From: Podarcis pityusensis
Taxonomy: Eukaryota
Length of the DNA stretch: 64,000 nucleotides
Strand: one strand, 5' to 3'
Assembly: GCA_964106645.2 (NCBI GenBank)
Contig: OZ067045.1
Part shown: positions 1 to 12,546 of the stretch, in pieces
How positions within the stretch are numbered: position 1 is the first letter of the stretch
Layout of the letters: every line of letters begins with the position of its first letter
The notes under the pieces: generated by a model
The model's database searches: none
What the model saw: only the letters and a program-made list of their open reading frames with translations
Told to the model about the DNA's origin: nothing
Translations under genes and position numbers: made by a program

Positions 1-379
1 GAGTACAACATTCCTCCTGATTTTCGTATGTAAAGCTAAGGCAGTGGTTAGACTATGTCTGGTCTTTATTGAACATTTGGGCAAATCTGTTTACAGGGAG
101 GTTATATGGCAGTTTATATGGAGGTTATCCTGATCTGCTTGTGAGGTGTTCATCCAACCCTTTTTGATGCATCCCCTCTTCACTTTCCAAACTGCCAAAA
201 AGAAAATATATCATTTTTTTTAGTGAATTTGTTTCACTAACAGAGCACTTGAATCCACTTTAAATGTACCAGCTGTAAATTCTGGCACACTTAAAACCTT
301 CCTAAAAATAGTGGTGGTCTGGAGGCACCCGAGGTATATGTCAAGAATTAAAATTTGAGCTATATGGGGAAGCAACAGT

Positions 380-775
380 TAGGGATGGAGGAGAAAGTCA
401 ATTCAGTACTTACTAAAAGCTGAAACGATCAGATTCAGATTTCCCTTTTTTAAAAAAGGCAATCTGAAACACAGCTGAAATTTGCACTTAGCCTCAGTTT
501 GTGATGCAGTTATACAACCAAACAATATTTACAAAAATGCATTTACTGGGGAACAGCGTGTGTGAAAATGAAGATATTAGTGAAAATAACACACAAAATG
601 CACTATATTGGGGTGATGACTTGCAAAAATGTATGTATTAGTCAAAACTACATATAAAAATGTGTTCATTACAAGAAATTTGCACTAAAAATATGATGAT
701 TTTTTTAATTTAAAAAATGCAAATTGCTTACAAAATGTGGAGAACTGAATTTAAGATTGGGAAAACGAGAAACTC
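380..775 (+). mobile_element. AT-rich interspersed repeat starting TAGGGATG (probable non-autonomous DNA transposon, family unassigned)
   Basis: Same motif string (AGGGATGGxGGAGAAA..TTCAGT, ATTTGCACTT, CAAAAATGCA, TTAAGATTGG) recurs at 5308, 8152, 16310, 18980, 44960 and 51100. Confidence 0.6.
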
Positions 776-778
776 CCA

Positions 779-981
779 GACTTTCTGACAATTAAGAGCT
801 GTTTGACTGTGAAATGGAGTACTTCAAATGGCTGTAGACTGTCCTTCATTGGAGGTTTATAAATAGAGGTTGGCTGGCCATCTGTCAGGGATTCTCTAGC
901 TGTGATTCCTGCATTGGGGGGGGGTGGACTAAATGACCCTTTGGGGTTCCTTCCAACAATTCCTATAATTCTATGACTCTA
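779..981 (+). mobile_element. CR1 LINE 3' end fragment (family A)
   Basis: GGCCATCTGTCAGGG..TTCCTGCATT..GGACTA.ATGACC..TTCCAAC and an ATTCTATG-type tail; matches 2590-2868 and 44650-44855. Confidence 0.85.
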
Positions 982-1051
982 AGGTAAAAAAGAAAAAAGA
1001 AATGTGTACACAAAGATAAAACATGTATTTAAATACACATTTTGTGATTTT

Positions 1052-1052
1052 A

Positions 1053-1093
<41 letters not shown>
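1052..1093. repeat. (CA)n(GA)n compound microsatellite
   Basis: Directly visible. Confidence 0.95.
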
Positions 1094-1094
<1 letters not shown>

Positions 1095-1982
1095 ATATAA
1101 CATTTGTAAGGATTAAAAAACCAACAACAACAACCCAGAGGTTAATACAGAAAGAGGATAGAAAGGGCTTACAAATGAACTTGTGCAAAATGAATGCAAA
1201 CCATAATTCGACTGAGTTGCCCATCTACAACAAGAGAGCAAAGTTGTGGCTTTAAGCTTTATAACTGCATGAGGATGTTGGTTTGCAACGGGCCATTTTG
1301 GGCCATTTTGGTGAGAGGCTGCATTGCAAAGACGCCCCTCGCCAGGCTTATGGGGGCGATGGGGCATGTTTCAGTCTGCGCGACTTTGAAGTACGTCTTC
1401 CCAGGAGGCATAACAATGTCAAGCTTCATAACCCAGGAGTTCGTTCACTTGCTTCCTCTTCTAAATGGATCATAATCTGAAACATGCAAGCATTTCCACT
1501 TTTATCAAGCGAGGCCACTAAACAAGATTATGGCTGCAACCTGCTAGCTTTACGGCCTCTGTATATTCAGAGAGACGAGCTTTATTAACATCGACTGTAA
1601 ACAGGCCTGACTCATTATGGAATCGTTGAGCCTCTTAAAAAAATGAAAGATCTTAATTTGCGTACCAGGCCTCGGGAGCCCTTTGGGGAAGGAAGATGAA
1701 ACACAACTGCCTCAAGAGAGTCTGCACGCCATCCTTTTCCCAACCTGGTGCCCTCCAGCAATTTTGGTCTACAACTTCCAGTATCATGAAGGACCCCGAG
1801 CCATCGCTGCTTCCTGTGGGAGCAAATTCCATAGCTTAAGTGTGTATTGTGTGAAGAAGTACTTTATTCACTCCTTCTTCATAGAAGGGACAGGGGGAGT
1901 ATCAACTGGGAACCTTCAGGATGCTGGGCCCTGAAGCCTACCCAAGGATGTTGTGTGCTACTGTCCAATTCACATACCTAGA

Positions 1983-2868
1983 GAAGTGTAGCATCCAGAT
2001 CCAGGGAAGTAAGATCACAGCTCCACTCTGCCTGGAGTCTTGTGTCCAGTTCTGGGCACCACAGTTCAAGAAGGATATGGACAAGCTGGGAGGTGTGCAG
2101 GGGAGGGAGACCCAGATGGTAAAGGGTCTGGAAACCAAACCTTATGAGAAATGGTTGAGGGAGTTGGGTGTATTTAGCCTGGTGAAGAGAAGATTGAGAG
2201 GTGATATGATAGCCATCTTGAAATATCTGAAGGGCTGTCACATGTATGAAGAAGAAGAAGAAGAAGAAGAAGAAGAAGAAGAAGAAGAAGAAGAAGAGTT
2301 TGGATTTGATATCTCACATTATCACTACCATAAGGAGTCTCAAAGCGGCTAACATTCTCCTTTCCCTTCCTCCCCCACAATAAACACTCTGTGAGGCGAG
2401 TGGGGCTGAGAGACTTCAGAGAAGTGTGACTGGCCCAAGGTCACCCAGCAGCTGCATGTGGAGGAGCGGAGACGCGAACCCAGTTCCCCAGATTACGAGT
2501 CCACCACTCTTAACCACTAATCCACACTGGCTCTTGGAACCCTTGTCACCCAGAGAAAGTGGTGGACTCTCCTAGTTTTCAATGATGGAGCAAGCTTGTG
2601 TTCTGGTATTCCAGAGGGTAGGACTCAAACCAATGGATTCAAATTTCAGGAAAGGAGATTCCGACTAAACATTAGGAAGAACTTTCTGACAGTAGGAGCT
2701 ATTTGACAGTAGAACGGACTCCCTAGGGAAGGTGGTGGGCTGTTTTTCACTGAGGATTTTAAAGCAAAGATTGGATGGCCATCTGCCAATAATTATTTAC
2801 CTGTGATTCCTGCACTTCAGGGAGTTGGGCTTGATGACCATTGCAACTCTACAATTTTATGGTTCTAG
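1983..2868 (+). mobile_element. CR1 LINE 3' fragment (RT C-terminus plus 3'UTR), interrupted by a SINE
   Basis: Peptide [44 protein letters not shown] is the typical CR1 ORF2 C-terminus; the sequence resumes at ~2584 (GATGGAGCAAGC) and runs into the CR1 tail. Confidence 0.9.
2248..2534 (-). mobile_element. Squam3-type (MIR/Ther1-derived) tRNA SINE with expanded (CTT)n tail
   Basis: Reverse complement begins GAGCCAGTGTGG..TAGTGGTTAAGAG, has the CORE-like GGTGACCTTGGGCCAGTCAC, and ends CAAATCCAAACT(CTT)n; near-identical to 28253 and 53868. Confidence 0.88.
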
Positions 2869-4022
2869 AATTTTAAGTTTCCTTAAAATTGCACATGCAG
2901 AGCTCTGGATCAGTACACAAATATGAAGCATTCAGAAAACCTCGAACTCCTAACATCAGGGACTTGCTATAGAGCCCGATTCTGAGGGACTGGAGTCCAT
3001 GCTGGATCAGCAAATCAGGACTCTTGGGTTGAAAAGATATAACCAGAGAGATCCACGATTTTGCAACACTATTTTGTCCTAATTTGTTCCCCACCCCTCC
3101 CCAAATCAAATATTTTATGTTAGGTGCTGTGCTATTCTTGCCTAGTCAGAATCGGATTGCTTTGTCAGAAAAAAATGCTTTTCGTCTATCTTTTAGAAGG
3201 GTGTGTGTGGTTGTTGTTCTGGCTTGAATAACCATCATTCCTGACAATGACTCTGTGTGCATGTTTCATGAAATACCCAAAGCTCTCTTTTCATTATGAA
3301 AGATCAGTACAGTGGTGCTTATGATGTATTTAGGTCGTCTGTTACTGAATATTTCTACTGTCAGTACAACAAAAAGTGTGATGATCACAGTTAAAGCTTA
3401 ACAAAGAAAATGCTGTCAGGCAATTAGTCAGCTGAAGTCAGCAGTACAAAAGTGGAAATATATCATGTTTGGGGTAGCACATTAGTTTGCTTGTGATAAA
3501 AATGTTGAAACGGGACCCTGTACACAAACAATATCTTCCCCTTTCTGTCTCACCAGAGATGGAGAACTTTTGCAACTGCTGAAGAAGGGATACATATTCA
3601 AAAATAGCCTTTGAATTCTTTACTATTCTTTCCAAATGGCCTTGGTCCCCCTCACCCACCTGAGCATCCAAGATGGTTTTGCATGAATTAATTGCAACAC
3701 AATTGGCTTTTTGTTGGGGGAAAGGTAACATCATCCTGGCAGGAATGAACCTTGCATGGCAAAGAGCTACTTTTCTTGTGGGTGAAAGGCTGGAGGAGAG
3801 GGAATACCATGAATGGAAGAGAGGGGAGGAAAATGTCTGGATACAGGCAAATGGATTTGCTTCCAGCGGTTCTGATCTAGAGCAACAATAAATCTCAGTC
3901 TGACTATTTGTCCCCCCTATTAATGTGTTTCATCCCCTTCCTCTTTTTTGGTCAGAAAAGTAGCAGCTTTTTCCAAGCCTGTCAACTTTTCTCTTTTAAC
4001 TATTGAAAGAGAGTGAGGGAAA

Positions 4023-4026
<4 letters not shown>

Positions 4027-4066
<40 letters not shown>
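4027..4066. repeat. (GA)n microsatellite
   Basis: Directly visible. Confidence 0.95.
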
Positions 4067-4070
<4 letters not shown>

Positions 4071-4199
4071 TACTAAGAATAGAATTAATCCCTCAAATTG
4101 TGTATGGGTGTTCCACTGCACGAAACTCCTTTGCCTAAAAAGTTCATTCATTCCCTACCTGTTAGAGATGGACTCAGCCCACCCTATATTTCCTCTTCA

Positions 4200-4530
4200 C
4201 ACAGTGCATAGTCAAAATACAGAACTTGTCCCCAAAAGAGGCAGTGATGGCACTTGGATGGCTTTAAAAGAGAACTGGACAAGTTCACGGAGGAGAAGGC
4301 TGTTAGGTGCTACTGGTCACCATGGTCATGTTATGCCTCCACGGTCGAAGGCAGAAATGCTTCTGAATACCTGTTGGTGGAAGCCATTTGTTGAAAAGGT
4401 GCTTTTGTGCTCAGGTTCGGTGGGTTCCCCATGCAGTTTCCGATGAGCAGCTCATTGGCCACTCTGAGAACAGGATCCTGGACTAGATGGGCCATTGGTC
4501 TGACCCAGCAGGCTCTTCCTATGTTTTCTA
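4200..4530 (+). mobile_element. CR1 LINE 3' end (family B)
   Basis: ORF2 end remnant (GGATGGCTTTAAAAGAG..GACAAGTTCA.GGAGGAGAAGG) plus 3'UTR GAGAACAGGAT.CTGGACTAGATGG..CTTCCTATGTT. Confidence 0.8.
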
Positions 4531-4654
4531 CATTGTGAATGCAGCCTTACTTGCTGAACAAACATGCAGAGGGTCACATTTCCAAAGGTGTGTTCAGGGT
4601 TAGACTTTGGTGGGAGACGAGTGCTTGCTGTGAGGTGGGGGGAGTGCTGTACTT

Positions 4655-4947
4655 TAGAGGGAGAGCATCTGCTTTGCACTCAGAAGGTCCCAGGTTCAAT
4701 CCCCGGTATCTCCAGGTTGGGCTGGGAGAGATGCTTTGACTGAAACGTTGGAGAGCTGCTGCCACTCAGTGTAGACCAGGGTTTCCCATACTTGGGCTCC
4801 AACTGTTTTTAGACTACAACTCCCATCATCTTTGCTAGCTAGGGATGATGGGAGTTGTAGTCCAAAAATAGCCGGAGGCCCGAGTTTGGGAAACCCTGGT
4901 GTAGACAATGCTGTGCTAGATAGGACAATGTTCCGACTGGGTATAAG
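4655..4947 (+). mobile_element. tRNA-Ala-derived SINE (Squam2-like), split by a MITE
   Basis: GAGCATCTGCTTTGCA.TCAGAAGGTCCCAGGTTCAATCCCCGG.ATCTCCA resembles tRNA-Ala(TGC); body matches the copy at 30901. Confidence 0.8.
4777..4898. mobile_element. hAT-type MITE (122 bp)
   Basis: TIR CAGGGTTTCCCA/TGGGAAACCCTG, internal palindrome, perfect 8-bp TSD GTGTAGAC (4769-4776, 4899-4906). Confidence 0.92.
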
Positions 4948-5307
4948 TCGGGGGGGGGGCTGCCTTTAGGCATAAAGCACAAAGTAATTTAGTCACCTCT
5001 ACCCAAAGAGCATTTAGTTCCTTCTCGCAGGAGCTGCTCCATTAATGCATCCCATAAGGACAAATGCTTTCTTCCACTTGGCATGCGCCACAGATACTTG
5101 AGCACTGACCGACCTGCACACAGCTGCGCACCGCCTGCTCCGCAGCTTGGGAAAAAGCTGTGATATCCACGTTAGCTAGCCAGCAGCCAGATGTCAAGGG
5201 AAGCCCCCCTCCCCACCCTGCTTTCCAACATTGTTCTTTTCATAGAAGGAGAAAGAATGGTCTCCTGGCCAGCCGGCCACCAAGCCTTGGCCGACCCATA
5301 TTCACAA

Positions 5308-5706
5308 TAAGGGGTTGGGGGAGAAATTCAGTTCAGTTTGTCTTCAAAGGCTAATTCGCACTTTCCAAATCAATATGATAACCGAAACTCAGCCATCCTT
5401 TAAAATACATGCTTCTCTGTTTTATGCCATGTAGTTCCCCAGACAAGTAATGAGATTTTTAAAAAATTGCATACACTAAGATACAACATGTGCAAACAAA
5501 TGCATTGTGTTAGAGAAAATATAAATATTAGAGGTTTGGGGGGGTGTATATTAGATGAATTTGCACCTAAAATGTGTATATGAGAAGGCGTTCACACTAA
5601 AATGCTGTGAATTTTCATGTTTTTCTTCTTTTTTTAATGTGGAGATTGGGGAGTTATGATTGGGGGAAAACAGGAACTGAGAGAAATTGAAACTGACGGA
5701 TGTGCC
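5308..5706 (+). mobile_element. TAGGGATG-family AT-rich repeat
   Basis: Similar to 380-775 and 8152-8575. Confidence 0.6.
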
Positions 5707-5864
5707 TATCGCTTCCTTGAAAGCCTTGGAGAACCCTTAGCCCCGCCCCCTGGTTTGTGAATTCCCCCTGGGTGGCAAAATGGCAAATTGGTCCAATCAC
5801 AGGATGTATAGATTGGAGTCACAGGGCAGATCAGGGGTCCATGTACAGCCTCAGTAGTTACATG

Positions 5865-6350
5865 GGATTTGGCCTTCTGATGGTGCCCCAGTCTTTTAGT
5901 GTGGCAGCACCTGCACTTTGGAACTCCCTGCCTATTGATACCAAGCAGGCACCACCACTGTAATTGTTTTGGCACCTGCTAAAAGCAATTTTGGATAGAC
6001 AAGCCTACCCAGAGCTGATGTGAGCCTTGATTTGGTTTTAGTTTGTTGTTATCTTAACTTCTCATATATCAAAAATTGTTAAGTTTCCATAGTGATAATT
6101 TTATTGCTTTATCCAGTGCTCTCTTTTTTTCTTAAAAAAATGTTTTGGAGTACTCTCATTTTCCTACTCATATTGAAATACTGCCCCTCAGTGAGGCCAA
6201 ACTTAAGTTCACAAAATGTTTAGGGGTATGCATACCCCTGCGTCCCCCCAGGAATAAACACACACACACTGGCTTTACCTTTTTTGTAAGCCGCTTCGTG
6301 GTATGTGTGGTTTTTTTATATAATTAAGTGGTGTATAAATTTTATAAAAT
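5865..6350 (+). mobile_element. L2 LINE 3' end, interrupted by a MITE
   Basis: Peptide SFSVAAPALWNSLPID..QAP, then the 3' tail TGTAAGCCGCTT..AAGTGGTGTATAAAT. Confidence 0.8.
6114..6271 (-). mobile_element. hAT-type MITE (CAGTGCTTTT family)
   Basis: CAGTG..CACTG termini; 8-bp TSD GCTTTATC/GCTTTACC; homologous to 44439 and 55162. Confidence 0.85.
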
Positions 6351-6499
6351 ACGTTTTAAAAAAAATATGTAATGTGACACATACACACACACACACACAC
6401 ACACTGCGATTGACTTAAATTGACTTAAAACAATGCATAAAACTGTGGAATGGAACAATTTGAATTAGGGTTCCAGAGGGCAGGAAGAACTTCAACCTC

Positions 6500-6742
6500 T
6501 CATTGGAGGGAGGGGGCCGACTGAGTTTGGTTTGAAGGAAGGCAGGGAGCCCAATGGTAGGCAGAGCCAGAGCCAACGACAGGAAGAGCTAACTAAGTCT
6601 GCTTCTGTCACTTCCTCCCTGCTGATCAGCGCTGACAGACAGCACCACCCACTGGACTGGTAAGGAAGCAGGCAGGTGGGGGCAGATTGGGCTTGGTGGG
6701 GCAGTGCCCCCATTTGGCACCACTGTTGACAGCATCTACTGT
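6500..6742 (+). mobile_element. Interspersed repeat, probably DNA-transposon derived
   Basis: GGGAGCCCAA..GTAGG..AGAGCCAA.GACAGG..GGGCAG.GCCCCATTT shared with 19560-19820 and 20690-20900. Confidence 0.55.
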
Positions 6743-7257
6743 AGCCATTAGTCAAGCCATTTCTTAAAAGCATCCCTAGCCTGCAGATTCACTTTCCCCA
6801 CAATTTGCAAAAAGAAACAAAAGGGGCCATTTTAAAAATTTTATTTTTATTCTTGCTTTCCTCCCTGACTAGTTAGCAATTTTGCATTGGGTGCAAAATT
6901 ACTATTGTCCAAAGATGACTTGATATTTTATCCACCCTAGTATGGAGAGAGAGGTGGAAAAAATCTGATCCTTCTTTTCTATACGAGGTATTTCTTTCTC
7001 AGGCAAGGAGGATGGAGATCAATTTGTATACTTAGTGAGGCTGCCTGCAGTGAAAGTAATTCTCTTCCCAATAAATCTCAACACTGGACAGAAATTCCAA
7101 TAGAGAACCAATATGGTTTCTATCTTTGCTCCTCCTGTATTTAATATGTAGCTCTGCAGCTTGTGCAGCTTGGGAGACTGAACTGGGACAGAAGAACAAT
7201 TTGTGTCTAATTCTCCGAGACTATCCTATAGCAGGAGAGCATCCTCCCTTCTCTATG

Positions 7258-7440
7258 AGGATGGGCTACAGCTCAGTAGGAGAGAACCCCTTTTGCATGG
7301 GGGCATCCCAAGTTCAATCCCTGTCTTGTCCAGGTCAGAATCCTGAAATCCTGGAAAGCCACTACCAGTCAAATATATTGACAACAGAGAGCTATGTGAG
7401 CCAATGGTTGGAGTTGGTTTGATGCAGTTTTCTGTGTTTC
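7258..7440 (+). mobile_element. Degenerate tRNA-Ala-derived SINE
   Basis: CAGCTCAGTAG.AGAG..TTTTGCATG..GTTCAATCCC head; CCTGAAATCCTGGAAAGC body. Confidence 0.7.
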
Positions 7441-8151
7441 TGAGAGGTGATGCAGCACAACTGAACTAAGAGGGATTTACTTCTGAGAAAATGCATTTAG
7501 GATTGGCCACATGTCCATTAGGCTCCTCCTATGACGATCCAGAGCTGAGCAAGTGTGCAGTTGCTCCCGTAACCCAACACATTGGTTATTCCACAGTGAA
7601 CCCCACCAAGTTCAATGGGACCTACGCACTTAGGATCACTGCCTGAACATTTCCTTCCTCCCACAGCAAGTTGGCCAGCAACCCTGTGCTTATCGATTCA
7701 TGTAAAATGTGTGATCTTTAAGCATTTATGCATATTCTCAAGCCACCCACTTGGGTGTAACAAAAAGAGAAAGAGGGAGAGAGACAGTGACAACTTCCAC
7801 ATTAAGGTCAGAGGTCACGGTTATCGACACATGACTTTAATCCCTTTGACACTTCAAAGGCTGAGAATTGGGAGAGGCCCGCTGAGCTGAAACCCCGGAG
7901 ATTAGTATTTGTCAGAAAAAGTTGATATTATTGACATTGTTGGAAGTACAAAAGGCTTATTTTATTTTATTTTACCTAATAAACGGCAAGCCCTGTTTTG
8001 TGAATAGATTTGTGTGTTTTGGCTAGTCCCTGGCAGATTTAATACGTGCCAAGATTAAGTTCAGATCACACTTGTAAAGATTTCACTGGTTCTGTTTCTT
8101 TGTAGGAGCAGATAGGTGCATAGTGCAACCCTCACCAGTTTTACTTCAAAA

Positions 8152-8575
8152 TAAGGATGGGGGGAGAAATGTGATTCAGTTCGCATTGAAAGGCAAACCT
8201 ATCTAATTCACACTTTCTGAAACAATACATGAAGCGAAAGATAGCCAACATTTGAAATTTGCTCTCTTCTGAATTTTGCAGTGCAGATCTCCAGCTACAG
8301 AACGTGTTTAAAAATGCATATACTAAGGTAAAGTGTGCACAGAAACAATGTATATATTTGTGAAAACAACATTAAAAAATGCATTCTACTTGGGGAAATT
8401 TATTTGCAAAAATGGGCATCTTAGGCATAAGCACACGCAATATTCGGATAAATTTACTCTGATTTTTTCTTGAGAACGTTAAAAAAACCCTGATATGGAA
8501 TTGTTGAGAACTTAAGTTAAGATTAGAAAAATGAGGAGTTGAGAAAAACCAAAAATGGACAGATGTGCACAATCC
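8152..8575 (+). mobile_element. TAGGGATG-family AT-rich repeat
   Basis: Similar to 380-775 and 18980-19382. Confidence 0.6.
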
Positions 8576-10228
8576 TGGAAGCCTTCATCATCAGAGAAGA
8601 GCATTGCTGAAAGGGCCTCTGCCATGATGGAGACCCCAGCTTGTCCCTAGAACGTGGAAAGCTGCCACTGGAAGTTTCCCCACCAATGGAAGGTTGCATC
8701 AGAATGAGGAATTGAGGGGTTGGGCATGGCACTAGAGGCTTGAGGTCCTTGGATCCTCAACCTGCCTGAGTCTCAGGGCTTCAGATGAGGTGTTAGAGCC
8801 ACTCCACAGCTCCCTGGCCTCTCTGTTGTTGTTGTTGTTGTTTGATTGATTAGTCCCATTTTGCACAAAAGGGGACCTGAAGCAACTGGGGGGGAAATGA
8901 TGCAAACATTAAAGTCAAGCATAAAAAACACAGGAAGCAAGCAAGCAAACAAACAAACAAACTGGAGTTAAAATGAGGAACTGAGCAAACTTGAAAAGGA
9001 CTGATTTGCCCATCTCTTCTCGGAAGTAAACCCCACCAAGTTCAATGGAACTTGCCCCCTAGCAAGTGTGCTTAGGATTGCAGCCACAGCGTTTCTTTAT
9101 TTCTTTCCTTCTACCCACCCAAGTTTTCCATCTTAAGAGTCTTTGTTTCTTTCGGGATTTGTAATAAACAACATAATTACATGCCTTTTTCTTCCTTGAT
9201 TGAGCACATGTCTTACAAATGATGATTTACCACTTGCGTGTCGCAAAATAGACTGAATAGTCATAATTATTATGTTGGAGAGCTGAACTTTCAGATTCAG
9301 AAATGTTGTTTTAAGGAGAAGCAGCTCAAAAAGTTTGAGCACTCAGGTTGTGTTGGTTCGATCGATCTGGGTGTATAACAATTGGTGCGCATGCTGTCAC
9401 CCAGAGTTCTCTGTGTACCCACCACCCCGTTGCTCAATGGAAGGTGTGTGTCAAGTTGATACCTCCAACGAAGTTCTTGCCAACAGTGATGCAATTTGCT
9501 CTGTGCCTCCAAGACTCCCTACCTATAGCAAGACCCAGGAAAGAGGGGCACCAAAAGTTATGCATTAGAAGTATTGGAAAGAGCCTAATACCGTATCAGA
9601 AATATGGTATTAGTGGCCCATATAAACTGGCACAGGCTGGTGGTTAGCAGCCATTTCTGATGATTTGTTATGAATTTGTTTTGAACGGCATTTGTTTCCA
9701 TATTGAACAGTTTGCTTTTGCTTTATTCATACGGTGCTGTATCTCGTCATAGTTCTCTGTGTTGACAGAAACGTAGTTTGCTAATTTTAAGTGCTTCATT
9801 ATTTTGAGCTGCCTTTTTTGTCATTGGCAAAATAGCATGCAAATATTTCATCAAATCAGCTCATCCAAATGATTTTGAAGAGCTGTAAGGGGGAAGGTCC
9901 TTTTTCAAGCAACCTGGTCCTAAGTTGCTTAGCGCTTTGTAGGTCAAAACCCAAACGCAGCCTGGGCGCTTATTGGCAGCCAGTGAAACCAGTGCTATAT
10001 GTGCATGATAAGAGGCACTGCATGCTAGCTGCAGCTTCCAGAACAGCTTTGAGGGCAGCCCTACATAGAGTACGGTAAAGTGGTCTAATCTTGAAGTTAC
10101 CAGTGTGTAAGTGATGGGTGACTGGAGAGGTGATGAAAAACCTGGGTTTCTTAAAGTCGAACCTCTGAACTGAAATTCAAGATTACTTTAACAAGTCATT
10201 GACCATATGACTGAAAAGGGTCAGATTA

Positions 10229-10449
10229 CAGTGACCCTGTTACAGACGCTTCAGGTTACAGACTCCGCTAACCCAGAAATAATGCTTCAGGTTAAGAACT
10301 GTGCTTCAGGATGAGAACAGAAATTGTGCGGCGGCAGCGCAGCAGCAAGGGGAGGCCCCATTAGCTAAAGTGGTACCTCAGGTTAAGAACAGTTTCAGGT
10401 TAAGAACGGAGTCCAGAACAAATTAAGTTCTTAACCCGAGGTACCACTG
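10229..10449. mobile_element. Tc1/mariner (Tigger-like) MITE
   Basis: TA flanks, right TIR CCCGAGGTACCACTG, internal TTCAGGTTA repeats; reverse complement of 51336-51559. Confidence 0.85.
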
Positions 10450-10654
10450 TACTTTGCTTTTTTCTTAGCTCATTGAAGAGTTCAGAAGACTTCACATGCA
10501 CAATCTCAGTATCCTTGCAAGAGGGCTGGAGAGGGGTGTGGCTGAGGAGGGGTAATGGCCTGGGGAGATCCCCAAGTGCTAGATGGAGAGGCCAGAATGT
10601 CCCCATTTGGTCCCGGGTCTAAGATTCCCCATACCATACTTGGGACACTAGGAT

Positions 10655-11175
10655 GACTGCGTAAGATGATTATGCACTGCCTCCACAGTCTGAGGCAGCA
10701 GTACTTCCAAATAGGTAAAAAGGTAAAGGACCCCTGGATAGTTAAGTCCAGTCAGAGGCAACCATGAGGTGTGGTGTTCATCCCTCTTCAGGCCGAGGGA
10801 GCCGGTGTTTGTCCAAAGACAGCTTTCCGGGTCATGTGGCCAGCATGACTAAAATGCTTTTTTTCCTACTTGCACTGGTGTGCTTTCGAACTGCTAGGTT
10901 GGCAGAAGCTGGGACAGAGCAACAGGAGCTCACCACCGTCATGCGGAGTCGAACCACCGACCTTCCGATCGGCAAGCCCAAGAGGCTCAGTGGCTTAGAC
11001 CACAGCACCACCCACTGAATACCAGTTGCTGGAAGCCATAGGAGTGGAAAGTGCTCTTGTGCTCGGGTCCCACTTGCAGGTTTCCCACAGGGATCTGGGT
11101 GGCCACTGTGAGAAAAGGATGCTGGACTAGATGGACCACTGGCCTGATCGAGCAGGTTCTTCTTACATTCTTATG
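10655..11175 (+). mobile_element. CR1 family B 3'UTR interrupted by a Sauria SINE
   Basis: CTGCCTCCAC..GAGGCAGCA | TGAATACCAGTTGCTGG..GGACTAGATGG..TTCTTACATTCTTA. Confidence 0.8.
10712..11013 (-). mobile_element. Sauria SINE
   Basis: AGGTAAAGGACCCCTG tail, GCTTTCGAACTGCTAGGTTGGCAG core, tRNA-like head; internal deletion relative to 16831. Confidence 0.9.
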
Positions 11176-12484
11176 AAAAACAGTCCAGTAATCATCATCA
11201 TCATCCATTAAAATATTGCTTTCTTTAATAAATACTGATTAAATATCTAGTAAATGTTCATAAATAACTTTAAACAACCCTTTATATTACCCCTACTATG
11301 TGTTCCAGCCATTCTGATCTGCTGCCTTCTTTATGTCCTCTCACCAGGGGCTTTCATAGCTCACACCACCCACTTGTGGAAGCTGCTGCTGGATTTCCAC
11401 TTCAGAAATGATTGAAAAAATTAAAATTAAAAAAATAAACATGGGCTATTGCTCTCACAGGTACAATTTCATGCTTCTGTTATGAGAATCGCCTGCATTT
11501 CCATGAAAAACAACAGCAACAGCAACAACAACTCACTCACAGAGACGTGGGAAAGAAAGTTTCGCTCATTTCGAGTTGGACCTGTTTCCAAGTAAGTATA
11601 TTTTAGGTTAGAGCCTGCCTGAGCCACATATTTGGCTTTGCGGACTCAATAATATAAAACATATCTCCATTAAGCCCTGATTTAATTGGAACTACATTTT
11701 CTTTAATCCCTGCCAGGAATATACATATATATATGAAATAAAGGCTTGTTATAGACTACACGGGCATCTTTTTTTATCTGCTTGACCTGCTTGAAGAGCT
11801 AAGCCAAATTTCATTAAAAATTATAGGCCTCATAACTTTTCAGGGGTTGCTTTTTGTTTTAAAGCAGTCCCATATGGAGGCAACAGTATGCCGAATTCAT
11901 ACCAGTCTGGAGATCTCCATATTTTGCTCTATATACCATAAAGAGTGATTGTCATTCCCCATCCGCACCCCTCATCCAAAAAAGAAAGAGAGAAAGATCA
12001 CTCCAAGAAAACTGAAGAAACAAAACCCATGACAATCTTTACGATGAGGACAAGGTGGATGAAATTCTAGAAAGTATCACTCTTATATCATCACGTATGC
12101 CACCCAACAGTGTTGCACGTTGCAGCGAAGTGAAGCATCTATCCGAGGGTGGTAGTGGCAATTGCATTAAGCTTCTACTGCTGCCTTCTCCATTTCTTCC
12201 TAGGTGCTAACGCATACAAGTTGCATTAAGGAATTCTTCTTCGTTTCTTGTTTTGTTTTTGTTTTTTGCTGTGGCATCTGCTAAAAATGTCAGATGTGAT
12301 CACAGTCTTTGCAAAACAAGTATTTTAACAACCCAAACCTTATGATAGGGTTATATTTCAGTGACTTGGAAACAACACTGCATTATCTGATACGAAACAG
12401 CACAGATGTTGCTTAATAAACTGTTTGGTTTATGCATTGCATTAACCTCATGAAACATTTATGCAAATCTCACATTAACAGAAG

Positions 12485-12486
<2 letters not shown>

Positions 12487-12540
<54 letters not shown>
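12487..12540. repeat. (AG)n microsatellite
   Basis: Directly visible. Confidence 0.95.

Positions 12541-12546
<6 letters not shown>

Noticed and set aside
1921-2352. 143-aa ORF with poly-Glu
   Set aside because: CR1 RT remnant running into the (GAA)n tail of a SINE
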